A DNA stretch of 64,000 nt from an uncultured Verrucomicrobiae bacterium (GCA_963762565.1 CAVXLD010000001.1:192001-256000), one strand, 5' to 3'. Positions 1-12,000 are shown, counted from the stretch's first letter. Translations and numbers: made by a program. Notes: generated from the letters alone by a model not told the origin.

Positions 1-367
1 TCGCCCAAGATTTCCAGAGGACCCGTTATCTAAAGCGGTTTCGTTGGGCGGTCAAGATGCGATGCGCCGTGGGCGATAAACACGGCTTTCCCAGGCACAA
101 GGCGGAAAGGCAGGCGGACGGATGGGACTTATGGGACCTATGGGAGTAATATGAATTCGCCCATCATTGGGACTGCGCTTTAACTCAAAAGTGTCATGAG
201 GCGGACCCCATCGTTGCGGAACAGCAGAGATTTCTTCGCTCGGTCGTCTCTTTCTCCCGCTGCTTCCTTTTGACCAAGCTGTGAAGAAATTCCCACTTGA
301 AGGGCAGTGGCGCTGCGCCACGGCGCGCAATAGCGACCAGTTCACGCCGCTTTCGTCTCACCCTCGA

Positions 368-384
368 TGGCACACGTCGTGCTA
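368..384 (+). promoter_or_regulatory. sigma54 (-24/-12) promoter for amtB-glnK
   Basis: TGGCACACGTCGTGCTA = GG-N10-GC with TGGCAC, 150 nt upstream of amtB. Confidence 0.75.
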
Positions 385-533
385 AAGATCGAACTGTAAC
401 GGCCGAAAACGCTGCGGTTGCCTGGCAAAGAGGAGCATGGTATTTGCGGGCTGCGATTTCGTGGCAGCACCCAATCGCCTGATTAGCAAGAATTACCAGA
501 CCCAGGAACCTGACAAATCGTAGCAGACACTTT

Positions 534-2353
<1,820 letters not shown>

Positions 2354-2355
2354 GG

Positions 2356-2469
2356 AGGAGTTCAGGAGTTCGAGGAGTTCAGAAGTGAAAGCGCTGGGTA
2401 GCCGTAGCAATTAGGCGAACCGGCGGTTCGATTCTGAACTCCTGCAACTCCTTGAACTCCTGAACTCCT
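2356..2469. repeat. inverted arms of AGGAGTTC(R) tandem units
   Basis: aggagttcaggagttcgaggagttcagaa (2356-2384) faces ttctgaactcctgcaactccttgaactcctgaactcct (2432-2469). Confidence 0.85.
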
Positions 2470-2470
2470 T

Positions 2471-2536
2471 TAGCGCAAAAGCCTGAATGGCTCAGAAATC
2501 GTTAACGATTTCTGAGCCATTCAGGCTTTTGTGCTA
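2471..2536. repeat. 66-bp spacerless palindrome
   Basis: 33-nt arms 2471-2503 and 2504-2536, one G/T mismatch, ends TAG...CTA. Confidence 0.95.
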
Positions 2537-2549
2537 TTTTGAGCTCCTC

Positions 2550-3647
2550 ATGAGTAGTATTACGGAGCACACGGACACGACGAATGCCCGCATTCTAGCT
2601 GTCTCCGAGGATAAGATTCAGGGATTTGTCAGAGAACCTTTCGCCCAGATCGCAGAGCTTTCGGGACTCTCCGAAGATCTGGTTCTGGAACGAATTCGCT
2701 CCATGCTGGCAGCCGGAACGATACGGCGGGTTCGGCAGACCTTGTTGTCGACCAACCTGGCTCAAGGAGCATTAGTCGCATGGAAAGTTCCTCCCGAACG
2801 GCTTGATGCCGCATTCGATTTCATGTTCCGTCAGGATCCTTTTTCTGGGCACGTCGTCATCCGATCCACCGATTCGAACACAGCAGGAAGCGAGTACAGA
2901 TTATGGACGACGATTAAGGTGCCTCAAGGCTTCAGCTTGGAACAACACGCCGAGCTGCTGCGAAATAAGGTGGGCGGAGAGAAGGTAATATTGATGCCCG
3001 CTAAAGGCATTTTTGCCTTAGGAGTCGGTCACGTGCGCCGCAAGACTTTAGCGTGCGGCGACAAAGCGAGTGCTCCGGCAGAAATGCTGAAGACCGAAAT
3101 CGTTGAACTGAGCTCTCTAGAGTGGCGAGTCCTGTTGGCCTTAAAACGGGAATTCACCTTAGAAGAAATTCGCCCTCATCCCTGGCTTTCAAGGGCGCGG
3201 GAGAGTGACTTACCATTGGAAGTCTTTTTTGAAGTGGCTGAGACCTTGAACGAGAAGAAAATCATCGGCCGATTTTCTACGTTTTTAGAGCATGTAAAGC
3301 CTTCCACATCTGGTGTTCGAGTTACTCGTTTCAACGGTTTGTTCCACTGGGCAGTTCCTCCTGGATGGGAACATAAAGCCGGTTCTGAAGTCGGCCGGCA
3401 CGAGATTCTAACCCATTGTTATTGGCGAGAGGCCGGGCCTGAATTCGGCAACGTCAATATTATGGCGGTTGCTCACGGGACTGACAAAAATTGGCTGTTG
3501 CAGAACAAGGAAGCAATCGACAAACATTTGCAAGCATGTGGGATTGCGACTACCTACACCAACGTATTTTGGGGTGGTAGATCGGAGATAAAACCGTCCG
3601 AGATTTCGCCATTGGTGTATCAGGATTGGTTGAAGCGCATCCGTTAG
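2550..3647 (+). CDS. fused Lrp/AsnC-like siroheme decarboxylase (AhbA/AhbB, NirDL-like)
   Basis: two tandem HTH+AsnC-like halves (PFAQIAELSG, GTIRR; KKIIGRF) and THCYWR matching the HxYxR motif; ATG 2550 chosen because the longer ORF start lies in the palindrome. Confidence 0.7.
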   Translation: MSSITEHTDTTNARILAVSEDKIQGFVREPFAQIAELSGLSEDLVLERIRSMLAAGTIRRVRQTLLSTNLAQGALVAWKVPPERLDAAFDFMFRQDPFSGHVVIRSTDSNTAGSEYRLWTTIKVPQGFSLEQHAELLRNKVGGEKVILMPAKGIFALGVGHVRRKTLACGDKASAPAEMLKTEIVELSSLEWRVLLALKREFTLEEIRPHPWLSRARESDLPLEVFFEVAETLNEKKIIGRFSTFLEHVKPSTSGVRVTRFNGLFHWAVPPGWEHKAGSEVGRHEILTHCYWREAGPEFGNVNIMAVAHGTDKNWLLQNKEAIDKHLQACGIATTYTNVFWGGRSEIKPSEISPLVYQDWLKRIR

Positions 3648-3739
3648 TGATTTTGTCTCTCGGCTGCTGCCAAACAAGCGGGCCATGGTCCAGGTCAACC
3701 TGACCTCACCCGTCCGAACAAAACGGTTTTTAGAATTCC

Positions 3740-6700
3740 ATGCGTATCCTGGCCTTCTTTGTCTTCTGTTGCCTGGTCGGCAACCTGAGTGCGGAAGAAG
3801 AGTTCAGTTTTGAGTCAGCTCCAGGGAAGCTGCCAAAGACGGTTGCTCCTCGTCATTACGTCATTCATCTGGAACCGGACGAGAACCAGATGACGGTCGA
3901 CGGAGCGGAAGCCGTCGAAATGGATGTGCTAAAGCCGACGCACCAAATCGTGATGAATGCGGGCGACATGAAGATTTGGAACGCCACGCTTACTCACAGT
4001 GGCGCTAGAGAGAAGCTGGTTGCTCAACCGGATCTCAGTCAGCAACAGGTAAAATTCGTCACGGCGCAGGATCTTCGCCCGGGCACTTATACACTCTCCT
4101 TTTGCTTCAGGTCACCTATCAACAACGAGTCGCGAGGCTTATTCCTTCAGCATTATCAATCGGACGGAAAGACCGAAAACATTCTGGCCACTCAGATGCG
4201 CCCAGACAAGGCCCGCCAGCTGTTTCCCTGTTGGGATGAGCCTGCGTTTCGGGCCACTTTCCAACTTTCGGTAAAAGTCGACAAGAAGACCTCCGCCGTT
4301 TCGAACATGCCGGAGGTGGCCGAGGAGCCCGTCGGCAGCGACAAAAAGATCGTGATCTTTGAGCGGTCGCCTCCGATGTCCTCTTACCTCGTTTCTTTGA
4401 TCTGCGGGCGCTTGGACAGTGTCGAGGATCAGGTGGATGGCGTGAAACTCCGAGTCTTCACGATCCCGGGTAAAGCTAAATTGGGAGCGTTTGCTCTGGA
4501 GAACGAACGCAAGCTACTAGCTTATTACCGCGATTACTTCGGGATTCCGTATCCATTGCCGAAGCTGGATCAAATAGCGCTTCCGCAGAATTTCGGAGGA
4601 TCGGTAGAGAGCTGGGGCACGATCGCGTATGACGAGAACCTCTTACTGTATGATTCTCTAAACAGCGCCCCTCAGGCTCAGGAACAGATCTTCGCCACTA
4701 TGTCGCGGGCGATTGCGCAGCAGTGGTTTGGCGACCTGGTCACAATGGCCTGGTGGAATAATCGTTGGCTAAGCGAGAGCTTGTCTTCTTGGGTAGCGCA
4801 TAAGGCAGAGGACAAGCTCCATCCCGAGTGGCGAAGTTGGTTGCGAGCGACCGCTGACCGAGAACAGGCCATGGCGCAAGACGAGCGAAGCGACACCCGC
4901 CCGATACAACCGGCGATTAGTCCAGATCAGCAGATCGACGATGGCTTCGATAATATCGTCTCTTGGAAGGGCCAGTATGTGATCCGCATGCTGGAAGGTC
5001 TTCTTGGCGAGGACGCTTTCCGAGACGGGATCCGGCTTTATCTTAAGCAGAACCAATTTTCGAATGCCACCGCTGCGAATCTTTGGGCGGCTTTAGATAA
5101 GACCAGTGGCCGATCGGTCTCTCAGATCGTGTCCCCATGGCTGACCCAACCGGGCTACCCGATGATCCGGGTAACGGCCGAGTGCGTTAAGTCGAAACAA
5201 GTGGTTACGCTAGAGCAATCCCGGTTCACTTTAGAACCAGGCGCGAGCAACGATCAGCAATGGATCATTCCAGTCGGCATCCTTTCTACGTTCAATCCGC
5301 ATCGCCCGAGTTACGCTCTGCTCGATAAGATCACGCAAACCTTCGATTTCCCGGATTGCTGGGGCGCCCTTAATGTTAACGCGAACGACCTCGGTTTCTA
5401 CCGAGTCTGGTATGATCCCGATCTGTTCGCTAAACTGCGCCGGGAATGGGACCGGCTAAGCGAAGAGGAGCGCGTGGATGTGGTTTCAGATACTTGGGCA
5501 ATGGTGCTCTCCAATCGTTCCCCCATCTCAACCTATCTGACACTCCTGGAAGGCCTAGGGGGCGAAACCAGTTACAGTGTTTGGCATAACATCCTCCAAG
5601 CGCTTATCGCAATAGATCGTTTGGAACAGGGTCAGCCCGGGCGAGCCGCTTATCAGGCTTATGTTTGTTCCCTGCTCAATCCGTTGTTAGAGCGACTCGG
5701 CTGGTATCCAAATAACGACGAGGAACTGGCCACCAAGTTGTTCCGAAACGAATTAATCGAGGCACTTGGTGTTTTTGGTGATCGTTCCGTGATTAACGAA
5801 GCGTTTGAGCGCTTCGAACAACTTCATAAGAATCCGGATAGCATCGCCCCGGATTTGCGTGGAGCCGTGGTTGCAGTGGTTGGCCGCTACAGTTCGGAGG
5901 CGGTATACACTCAGCTTCATCAGCTGGCGCGCGAAGCCACTCTGTTGGAAGCGAAAGATGATTATTATCACGCGATGGAGTGTGTTCTCGACCCGAAACT
6001 AGCAGAGAAAACACTAGAACTCGCTATCGGCCAAGAGCTATCACCCGCAGAATCGGCAGGCGCGTTCGCGAAAGTGGCTTCTGAAGGCGAACATGCCGAT
6101 CTCGCCTGGAACTTCGTGAAGGAGCGGTTAGATCTCTTGGAAAAGGATCGATCACAGACGTTATGGACGGTTCTGGTGCCCTCAATTGTGGAAGGTCTTT
6201 ACGATCGAGATACAGCCAATGAAATCCTTAACCTGAGTAAAGACCGGGCCACCGCTAACGGCCTCACTAGAACACAGATGGCGGCCGACCTGTTGCAAGT
6301 CCGAGCAAAGCTTCGCGAACGTTTGCTCCCGGATATCGATGATTGGGTTAAAAAAAGAGCTGGCACCAGGGTGGAAGCGCTGGCGAAATCGTCCGCGGTT
6401 ACCGGTACCTTTACCGCATCTGCAGCACGGCCTTTGAACGCTGTATCGACTATCGGAGCCAATAACCCGACGCCGACGCCAACTCCGGCGTCGCTAAGCA
6501 TGATTCAAAGCACACCTCAGCCGGCTCCGACCGTGGTTCCGCAATCTAGTCCGACCGTTGAATCGATGCCTACGTCAAGCCCACTACCCGTCGCTTCTGG
6601 AAGCCCTGTTGCACCCCCGATTCCGGCAGAATCTCCAAAATCGGAAGAGAATCCGGCAAACGTGCCACCGTCACCGACGGCATCGCCTGAAGCATCTCCC

Positions 6701-6970
6701 ACCGTTGAGCAGCGAGTTGCGAAACATAGGGCTACGCCAAAGCCGCAGCCGACCCCGATGTCAACTCCTAAGCCGAAGACACTCCTGGGCAAAATCTTCG
6801 ACAGCTTGCGGAAGGCCAATGAAGAAGCCGGCAAGCCGACCCCGACGCCAAGCGATGGCCACTATGCGATGCCGACGCCAACTGTTCGTTATTGGGCCAG
6901 TCCGACACCAAAGCCGAAACGTAGTAAGACGGAGCCGTCGCCGACCAATTCCGTCTATACTGACCACTAG
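3740..6970 (+). CDS. secreted M1 aminopeptidase homologue (ERAP1_C-like domain, Pro/Thr-rich tail), catalytic motifs degenerate
   Basis: FPCWDEPAFRATF, YPLPKLD, QWFGDLVTMAWW, WLTQPGYP; HEXXH position reads RAIAQ. Confidence 0.85.
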   Translation: MRILAFFVFCCLVGNLSAEEEFSFESAPGKLPKTVAPRHYVIHLEPDENQMTVDGAEAVEMDVLKPTHQIVMNAGDMKIWNATLTHSGAREKLVAQPDLSQQQVKFVTAQDLRPGTYTLSFCFRSPINNESRGLFLQHYQSDGKTENILATQMRPDKARQLFPCWDEPAFRATFQLSVKVDKKTSAVSNMPEVAEEPVGSDKKIVIFERSPPMSSYLVSLICGRLDSVEDQVDGVKLRVFTIPGKAKLGAFALENERKLLAYYRDYFGIPYPLPKLDQIALPQNFGGSVESWGTIAYDENLLLYDSLNSAPQAQEQIFATMSRAIAQQWFGDLVTMAWWNNRWLSESLSSWVAHKAEDKLHPEWRSWLRATADREQAMAQDERSDTRPIQPAISPDQQIDDGFDNIVSWKGQYVIRMLEGLLGEDAFRDGIRLYLKQNQFSNATAANLWAALDKTSGRSVSQIVSPWLTQPGYPMIRVTAECVKSKQVVTLEQSRFTLEPGASNDQQWIIPVGILSTFNPHRPSYALLDKITQTFDFPDCWGALNVNANDLGFYRVWYDPDLFAKLRREWDRLSEEERVDVVSDTWAMVLSNRSPISTYLTLLEGLGGETSYSVWHNILQALIAIDRLEQGQPGRAAYQAYVCSLLNPLLERLGWYPNNDEELATKLFRNELIEALGVFGDRSVINEAFERFEQLHKNPDSIAPDLRGAVVAVVGRYSSEAVYTQLHQLAREATLLEAKDDYYHAMECVLDPKLAEKTLELAIGQELSPAESAGAFAKVASEGEHADLAWNFVKERLDLLEKDRSQTLWTVLVPSIVEGLYDRDTANEILNLSKDRATANGLTRTQMAADLLQVRAKLRERLLPDIDDWVKKRAGTRVEALAKSSAVTGTFTASAARPLNAVSTIGANNPTPTPTPASLSMIQSTPQPAPTVVPQSSPTVESMPTSSPLPVASGSPVAPPIPAESPKSEENPANVPPSPTASPEASPTVEQRVAKHRATPKPQPTPMSTPKPKTLLGKIFDSLRKANEEAGKPTPTPSDGHYAMPTPTVRYWASPTPKPKRSKTEPSPTNSVYTDH

Positions 6971-7137
6971 GGCTTGAAGCACTGCAACTAAATGCCGTTA
7001 GCCCCAGCCATGTCAGGGGCACTAGAGGAGTGTGTCGGCGAACGGGCGAACAAACTGGTGGGGCGAAGCTCCAGATCTTCCTAAAAAGGTGAACAAGGCG
7101 ATTGCTATTACCGAATCTATAGTAGCCAGCACCGAAC

Positions 7138-8601
7138 CTACCCCGCGTTCAATAACTTCTCCAGCGTCTCCCCGACTAGATTTGGATTTGCTTTCCCTTT
7201 CGAAGCCTTCATCACTTGGCCTTTTAGGAAGTTGATCGCGGCGCCTTTTCCAGCCCGATAGTCTTCGACCGACTTCGGATTCGCTTCGATGACCTGCTGG
7301 CAAAGCAGCTTGATAGCGTCAACATCGCTCTCCTGTTTAAGGCCCTTTGCTTCCACAATCTTTCCCGGGGCTTCACCCGATGCGAACATCTCGGCGAAAA
7401 CTTCTTTCCCCTGTTTGCTGTTGATCTTCCCGTCTTCGATCAGTCCAGTCAATTCCGCGAGATGTTGCGGTTGGATAGGACACTCTCCTACTGATTTCCC
7501 AGCCGTCGCCAATGCACTCAGCAAATCGTTTAGAACGTAGTTAGCCACCGCTTTGGGTCTCTTGGCTCCTTTGGCGGCAGCTTCAAAATAACGTGAGAGC
7601 TCCAAGTCATCCGCCAGCACCCCGGCGTCGTAACTGCTAATCTCGTAATCTCGGATGAAACGCTCACGTTTTGCCCAAGGCAATTCAGGTAGGCGTAAGC
7701 GTACTTCCGGCATGAACACCTCGGTTTTAACGGGGAGCAAATCCGGGTCCGGGAAATATCGGTAGTCATGGGCCGACTCCTTAGTACGCATTAGAAAAGT
7801 CTCGCCTTTGTCGTCGTCCCATCGGCGAGTCTCTTGAGACAATCTCTCTCCACGTTCTAAAGCAGAAATCTGGCGATCGATCTCAAACGCCAAAGCCCTT
7901 CGAACCCCGCTGATCGAATTCAGATTCTTCAACTCGATCTTGGCCCCATACTCGGTCTGATGATGGGGGCGTACCGACACGTTACAATCACAACGCAGCT
8001 GGCCTTTCTCCATATCCGCATCGCTCACATCTCCGTAGATCAAGGCCTGCTTTAGCGACGTGAGATAAGCGAACGCTTCTTCGGGGGATTCTAGGTCCGG
8101 TTGGGAAACAATCTCCATTAGTGGCGTCCCGGCCCGGTTAAAATCGATTCCACTCGTCGTCTCGAAATGGGAATTCTTGGCGACATCTTCCTCTAAATGA
8201 ATCCGGATTAGCCGGACTCGTTTATCCGGATTTTTGATGCCCTTCTGCGCGTCTTTCGGGTAAGCGAGATCGTACAGAGGAACTTCTCCACTCTGGCAAA
8301 TCGGCATATCGTACTGCGAGATTTGATAGTTCTTCGGCATGTCCGGATAGTAGTAGTTCTTACGATCGAATTTGCAGACCGGAGCGATCTCAGATTGGAA
8401 GATCAGGCCGGTCAAGGCTGTCATTTTGAGCGCTTCCAGATTCATCACAGGTAAGGCGCCGGGCAGCCCAAGGCAGGTAGGGCACACATTCGTATTGGGC
8501 TCCGCCCCGTACTCGACCGCGCAACCACAAAACATTTTGCTCCTGGTCTTCAGCTGGACATGCACCTCTAGTCCAATGGTCGCGATGTAATCACTCTTCA
8601 T
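7138..8601 (-). CDS. gatB: Asp-tRNA(Asn)/Glu-tRNA(Gln) amidotransferase subunit B
   Basis: IGLEVHVQL, DRKNYYYPDMPK, DYRYFPDPDL. Confidence 0.98.
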   Translation of the reverse strand: MKSDYIATIGLEVHVQLKTRSKMFCGCAVEYGAEPNTNVCPTCLGLPGALPVMNLEALKMTALTGLIFQSEIAPVCKFDRKNYYYPDMPKNYQISQYDMPICQSGEVPLYDLAYPKDAQKGIKNPDKRVRLIRIHLEEDVAKNSHFETTSGIDFNRAGTPLMEIVSQPDLESPEEAFAYLTSLKQALIYGDVSDADMEKGQLRCDCNVSVRPHHQTEYGAKIELKNLNSISGVRRALAFEIDRQISALERGERLSQETRRWDDDKGETFLMRTKESAHDYRYFPDPDLLPVKTEVFMPEVRLRLPELPWAKRERFIRDYEISSYDAGVLADDLELSRYFEAAAKGAKRPKAVANYVLNDLLSALATAGKSVGECPIQPQHLAELTGLIEDGKINSKQGKEVFAEMFASGEAPGKIVEAKGLKQESDVDAIKLLCQQVIEANPKSVEDYRAGKGAAINFLKGQVMKASKGKANPNLVGETLEKLLNAG

Positions 8602-8637
8602 AGATTTTTAGCCCGGCCAGGCCGGGCTAAAAATCTA
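8601..8637. repeat. perfect 18-bp inverted repeat with 1-nt centre
   Basis: tagatttttagcccggcc-a-ggccgggctaaaaatcta fills the cvpA-gatB gap. Confidence 0.95.
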
Positions 8638-8638
8638 C

Positions 8639-9469
8639 CTAGCGTTTCGCCCCTTTCCACTGCTTACCGACCAACTCCTGCCTGACCTCACCGTTTGTGA
8701 AGAATTGGACAAGCTTTGGGTTGGTCACAACGCCAAGTAAATCGCCCTTCTCAACGGAATTAGAAAGCTCAGGATCCTCCGCCAGGGCTTGAAAGGTTGC
8801 ATTGTTACTCAACGGTCGAAACACCGGATCGGCCATCAACTGTCTAACCGCATCCGGGCGCGACAGAATTGAGCTCCAACGGTCGATGGTATCGTAAACT
8901 GAACCAGGGACCGGATCGAGCCATCGGGTTACGTTTCCCAACCAACCCAAGTCGAGGGACGCCTTCGCTCTCGCGAACGTCGAGACCAGGGGCGCTGGAG
9001 CTAACCCACGGCTTGCCTGTAGCGTTACTTCGTCTTCGGCGACTCGGCCGATCACGTGGATGAGAATCATGAGGAACCAGACGTTCACAAGGCCGTAGAT
9101 GAATCCCAGCAAGGCGCCGCCGGCACCAGAGATCATGCGAGAGACTATCAAATCATAATCCCGGGTCCTGCGGAACAGGAACCCGCTGGCCAGCATCATT
9201 AGATAAAAACAAAGTATACCTAAGAGCACCCGCGCCAGCATAAGCCCGCCGGGCGAGATCGTCTTAGAGCTCATCCCGAGCGGACCGAGAATCGCGTCGG
9301 AAAAGAAATAAACCACCAATACGGAGGCGGCGAACGCCAGTGGAATCAGGAGTTGAAGCAGGAGCCCGCGGAAACAGCCGCGGATCACAGCGTAGATAAC
9401 GCAGGCGGTAAAAATAATTAGTAATCCTGCCTGCCATTGTGGCGATGCCTCCACTGAGCCGCCGGTCAT
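8639..9469 (-). CDS. CvpA (colicin V production) family membrane protein
   Basis: RGCFRGL after TM1 and GAGGALLGFIYG in TM4; four TM helices plus soluble C-terminal tail. Confidence 0.7.
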   Translation of the reverse strand: MTGGSVEASPQWQAGLLIIFTACVIYAVIRGCFRGLLLQLLIPLAFAASVLVVYFFSDAILGPLGMSSKTISPGGLMLARVLLGILCFYLMMLASGFLFRRTRDYDLIVSRMISGAGGALLGFIYGLVNVWFLMILIHVIGRVAEDEVTLQASRGLAPAPLVSTFARAKASLDLGWLGNVTRWLDPVPGSVYDTIDRWSSILSRPDAVRQLMADPVFRPLSNNATFQALAEDPELSNSVEKGDLLGVVTNPKLVQFFTNGEVRQELVGKQWKGAKR

Positions 9470-9475
9470 GACGCA

Positions 9476-10561
9476 TCAAAGCGAATTCTGAGCCCGGTGC
9501 CGTAGCCAGTGATCACAGATCACCAGAATGGCCATTGCTTCGACAATCGGCACTGCCCGAGGAAGAACGCATGGATCATGGCGGCCGCGGGCAGCCAATT
9601 CTACAGGTTCGCCCGCTACGTTCACGGTGGCCTGAGGCTGCAAAATGGTGGCGGTCGGTTTGAATGCGACCCGAAAAACGATGTCTTCACCGTTGCTAAT
9701 CCCGCCTTGTATTCCACCAGAATAGTTGGACTTCGTGCGTACCCGACCACCTTGGATTTCAAACGGGTCGTTGTGTTCGGCTCCCGTCATCCGTGTGCCC
9801 GCAAACCCGGATCCAAACTCGATTCCCTTCGCAGCCGGCAGACTCAATAACGCTTTCCCCAGATCTGCCTCCAGCTTGTCAAAAACGGGTTCACCCAGTC
9901 CGGGCGGAACACCGCGGATGACGCATTCGATGACCCCGCCAACCGAATTCCCTTCTTTCCGCATTGTCTGAATGAGCTCGATCATTTTCGCAGCCTTCTC
10001 TGGATCCGGACACCTGACGATCGAGCTTTCGACTTGCTGAAGCGTCACCGCGTGTGAGTCGATCTCGGCTTCAAGGGAGTGTATCTGGCGGACATAAGCG
10101 ACTATTTCGATCCCCGGGATAGCTTGCGCTAACACTTTTCGGGCCACAGCGGCGGCCGCTACTCGCCCAATGGTTTCACGGGCGGATGCTCGGCCACCGC
10201 CCTGCCAATTCCGGATCCCGAACTTCGCTTGATAAGTGAAGTCTGCATGAGAAGGCCGATAGGCGGTCTCCATCTCCCGATAAGCTTCCGGCCGGGCATC
10301 CTGGTTGCGGACCATGATAGAAATTGGTGTCCCTAATGTTTTGCCCTCGAATACCCCAGACAAGATCTCACATCGGTCAGCCTCTTTTCGCTGAGTCACA
10401 ATCTCGCTTTGACCAGGCCGTCGCCGATCCAACTCCACTTGAATATCCTCTTCTGAGATCGCGATTCTCGGGGGGCACCCATCGATTACAACACCGACTC
10501 CACCCCCGTGGGACTCACCCCAGGTCATCACCCGAAATAGAACGCCAAACTGAGAAGACAT
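9476..10561 (-). CDS. aroC: chorismate synthase
   Basis: GESHG, YRPSHAD, RASARET, GRHDPC. Confidence 0.98.
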   Translation of the reverse strand: MSSQFGVLFRVMTWGESHGGGVGVVIDGCPPRIAISEEDIQVELDRRRPGQSEIVTQRKEADRCEILSGVFEGKTLGTPISIMVRNQDARPEAYREMETAYRPSHADFTYQAKFGIRNWQGGGRASARETIGRVAAAAVARKVLAQAIPGIEIVAYVRQIHSLEAEIDSHAVTLQQVESSIVRCPDPEKAAKMIELIQTMRKEGNSVGGVIECVIRGVPPGLGEPVFDKLEADLGKALLSLPAAKGIEFGSGFAGTRMTGAEHNDPFEIQGGRVRTKSNYSGGIQGGISNGEDIVFRVAFKPTATILQPQATVNVAGEPVELAARGRHDPCVLPRAVPIVEAMAILVICDHWLRHRAQNSL

Positions 10562-10616
10562 GTCGCTACGGAGGCCGTGAGCGTATATTACCGCTTATCG
10601 GGATCAAGTCTATGCC

Positions 10617-10818
10617 GGAGCTGGGAGGCGTAAGTGGACGTAGTGGACGAAGTAGACGTAGTGGACAAAGTGGACCGGGAGTGGACGATTTAACTCCTCG
10701 CCGCCGAATCTGAGGACGTCCACTCCGTCAACTCAGTCCATTCCGTCCACTCCTGTCTACTCGGCCGCCCATGCCCGGCGCACCCCTACTAGCTCCTAGA
10801 TTCCAGCTCCTAGCTCCT
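10617..10818. repeat. nested inverted tandem arms (AGTGGACGN inner, GGAGCTR/CTCCTAG outer)
   Basis: about six AGTGGAC-type 9-mers 10633-10687 face GTCCACT-type units 10717-10761; outer ggagctgggag faces ctagctcctag...tagctcct. Confidence 0.8.
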
Positions 10819-10891
10819 CTTTTTTACTCGCGCCCGGCGCTGTTACCGGCCAGAAACAAATAGTCGCACCGAAGACCGCCCTGATCCTGTC

Positions 10892-11794
10892 GTGAATGTT
10901 CACCACCTAGAGCTCTTTTTCTATGTTGCAAAGCATGGCGGAATCAGCTCGGCCGTCCGGCATATGCCTTACGGCATCCAGCAGCCGGCAGTAAGTGGTC
11001 AGATTCTGCAGCTCGAAGAATATCTGGGCCAGAAACTCTTCCATCGAAGACCCTTCTCCTTAACTCCTGCGGGCGAGCGCCTCTTTCGTTTTATCCAGCC
11101 ATTCTTCGAGAACCTCGAACTCGTATCGGGAGAGCTCAGAGGCCATCAAAACAAAGAGCTGCGCCTGGCCGCTTCCACAGCCTTGCTGCGAGAGTACGGC
11201 CCTCGACTGCTGGACCAGGTCAAACAGCATGTCCCGGAGCTAAAACTGATCTTGCGCGAGGCAGATCAATCCATGGCCGAAGATTACCTTTTGGCCCAGG
11301 AGGTTCACCTCGCGGTGACTGAGCTCTATACTAAGCCGCCCAGCGGCATTCAAACCGAGGTGCTGGCGGAGCTCCCCCTGGTTCTTCTTGTCGCCGTTGA
11401 TGGTAAATTCAAGAAAGCGAAGGAAATCTTAGTCCAACGTCCGCTCCCCTTGATCTCAGTATCGGCTACTTCGGCACTTTATCGGACGTTTCAAGACGGT
11501 TTGCGACAGCACGGACCACCTTGGGAAATCAATATCGAACTCTCGACCCTGGAAATGGTAGTCACCTACGCGAGTGCCGGCTACGGTGTCGGTCTATCGG
11601 TCCGCGCTCCAGGCCTCGAATTCGGGCCTAGACTTCGGGCAATCGATCTTGACGATTTCCCGAGTTTGAAGATCGCAGCTTTCTGGCAAGAACCCCTGGC
11701 GATGCTGCCGAGTCTTTTCCTTGAAGAAATCCGCAAGGAGGCTCGGAGGCAGATCGTTGTGCCACAGAAACCGAAGGGGAAGGGTTCATCCTAG
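10892..11794 (+). CDS. LysR-family transcriptional regulator
   Basis: HTH QQPAVSGQILQLEE...LFHR...LTPAG; 300 aa; divergent from aroC. Confidence 0.93.
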   Translation: MNVHHLELFFYVAKHGGISSAVRHMPYGIQQPAVSGQILQLEEYLGQKLFHRRPFSLTPAGERLFRFIQPFFENLELVSGELRGHQNKELRLAASTALLREYGPRLLDQVKQHVPELKLILREADQSMAEDYLLAQEVHLAVTELYTKPPSGIQTEVLAELPLVLLVAVDGKFKKAKEILVQRPLPLISVSATSALYRTFQDGLRQHGPPWEINIELSTLEMVVTYASAGYGVGLSVRAPGLEFGPRLRAIDLDDFPSLKIAAFWQEPLAMLPSLFLEEIRKEARRQIVVPQKPKGKGSS

Positions 11795-12000
11795 ACGCTG
11801 CGCAAGCGTGCGGAGAAACCCGGAATAAAACCCTCTGCTCCGGAGTCTGCTGACATAGGGCTGACACTCAACGACCTAGTGTGCCCGAGAACCGCCGCTC
11901 AGGCCTCCGGCGTTGTTTGATTCTGGATGCCGAGAATAATCTTGCGCTAAGCAGGGTTTGCAGCGTGTGTAACTTTAATAGAAACAGAAACGCTCTCATT

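Noticed and set aside
314..329. TGCGCCACGGCGCGCA as an NtrC site
   Set aside because: One base shorter than the 17-bp consensus and unusually close to the promoter, so too weak to call.
52..482. Short ORFs 52-345 and 297-482
   Set aside because: No motifs, and they overlap repeat and promoter sequence upstream of amtB.
7056..7138. Eighth family A element
   Set aside because: Only a degenerate left arm (GGTGGGGCGAAGCTCC). There is no clear inner box at 70 nt and no right arm, so it was left out of the spacer counts.
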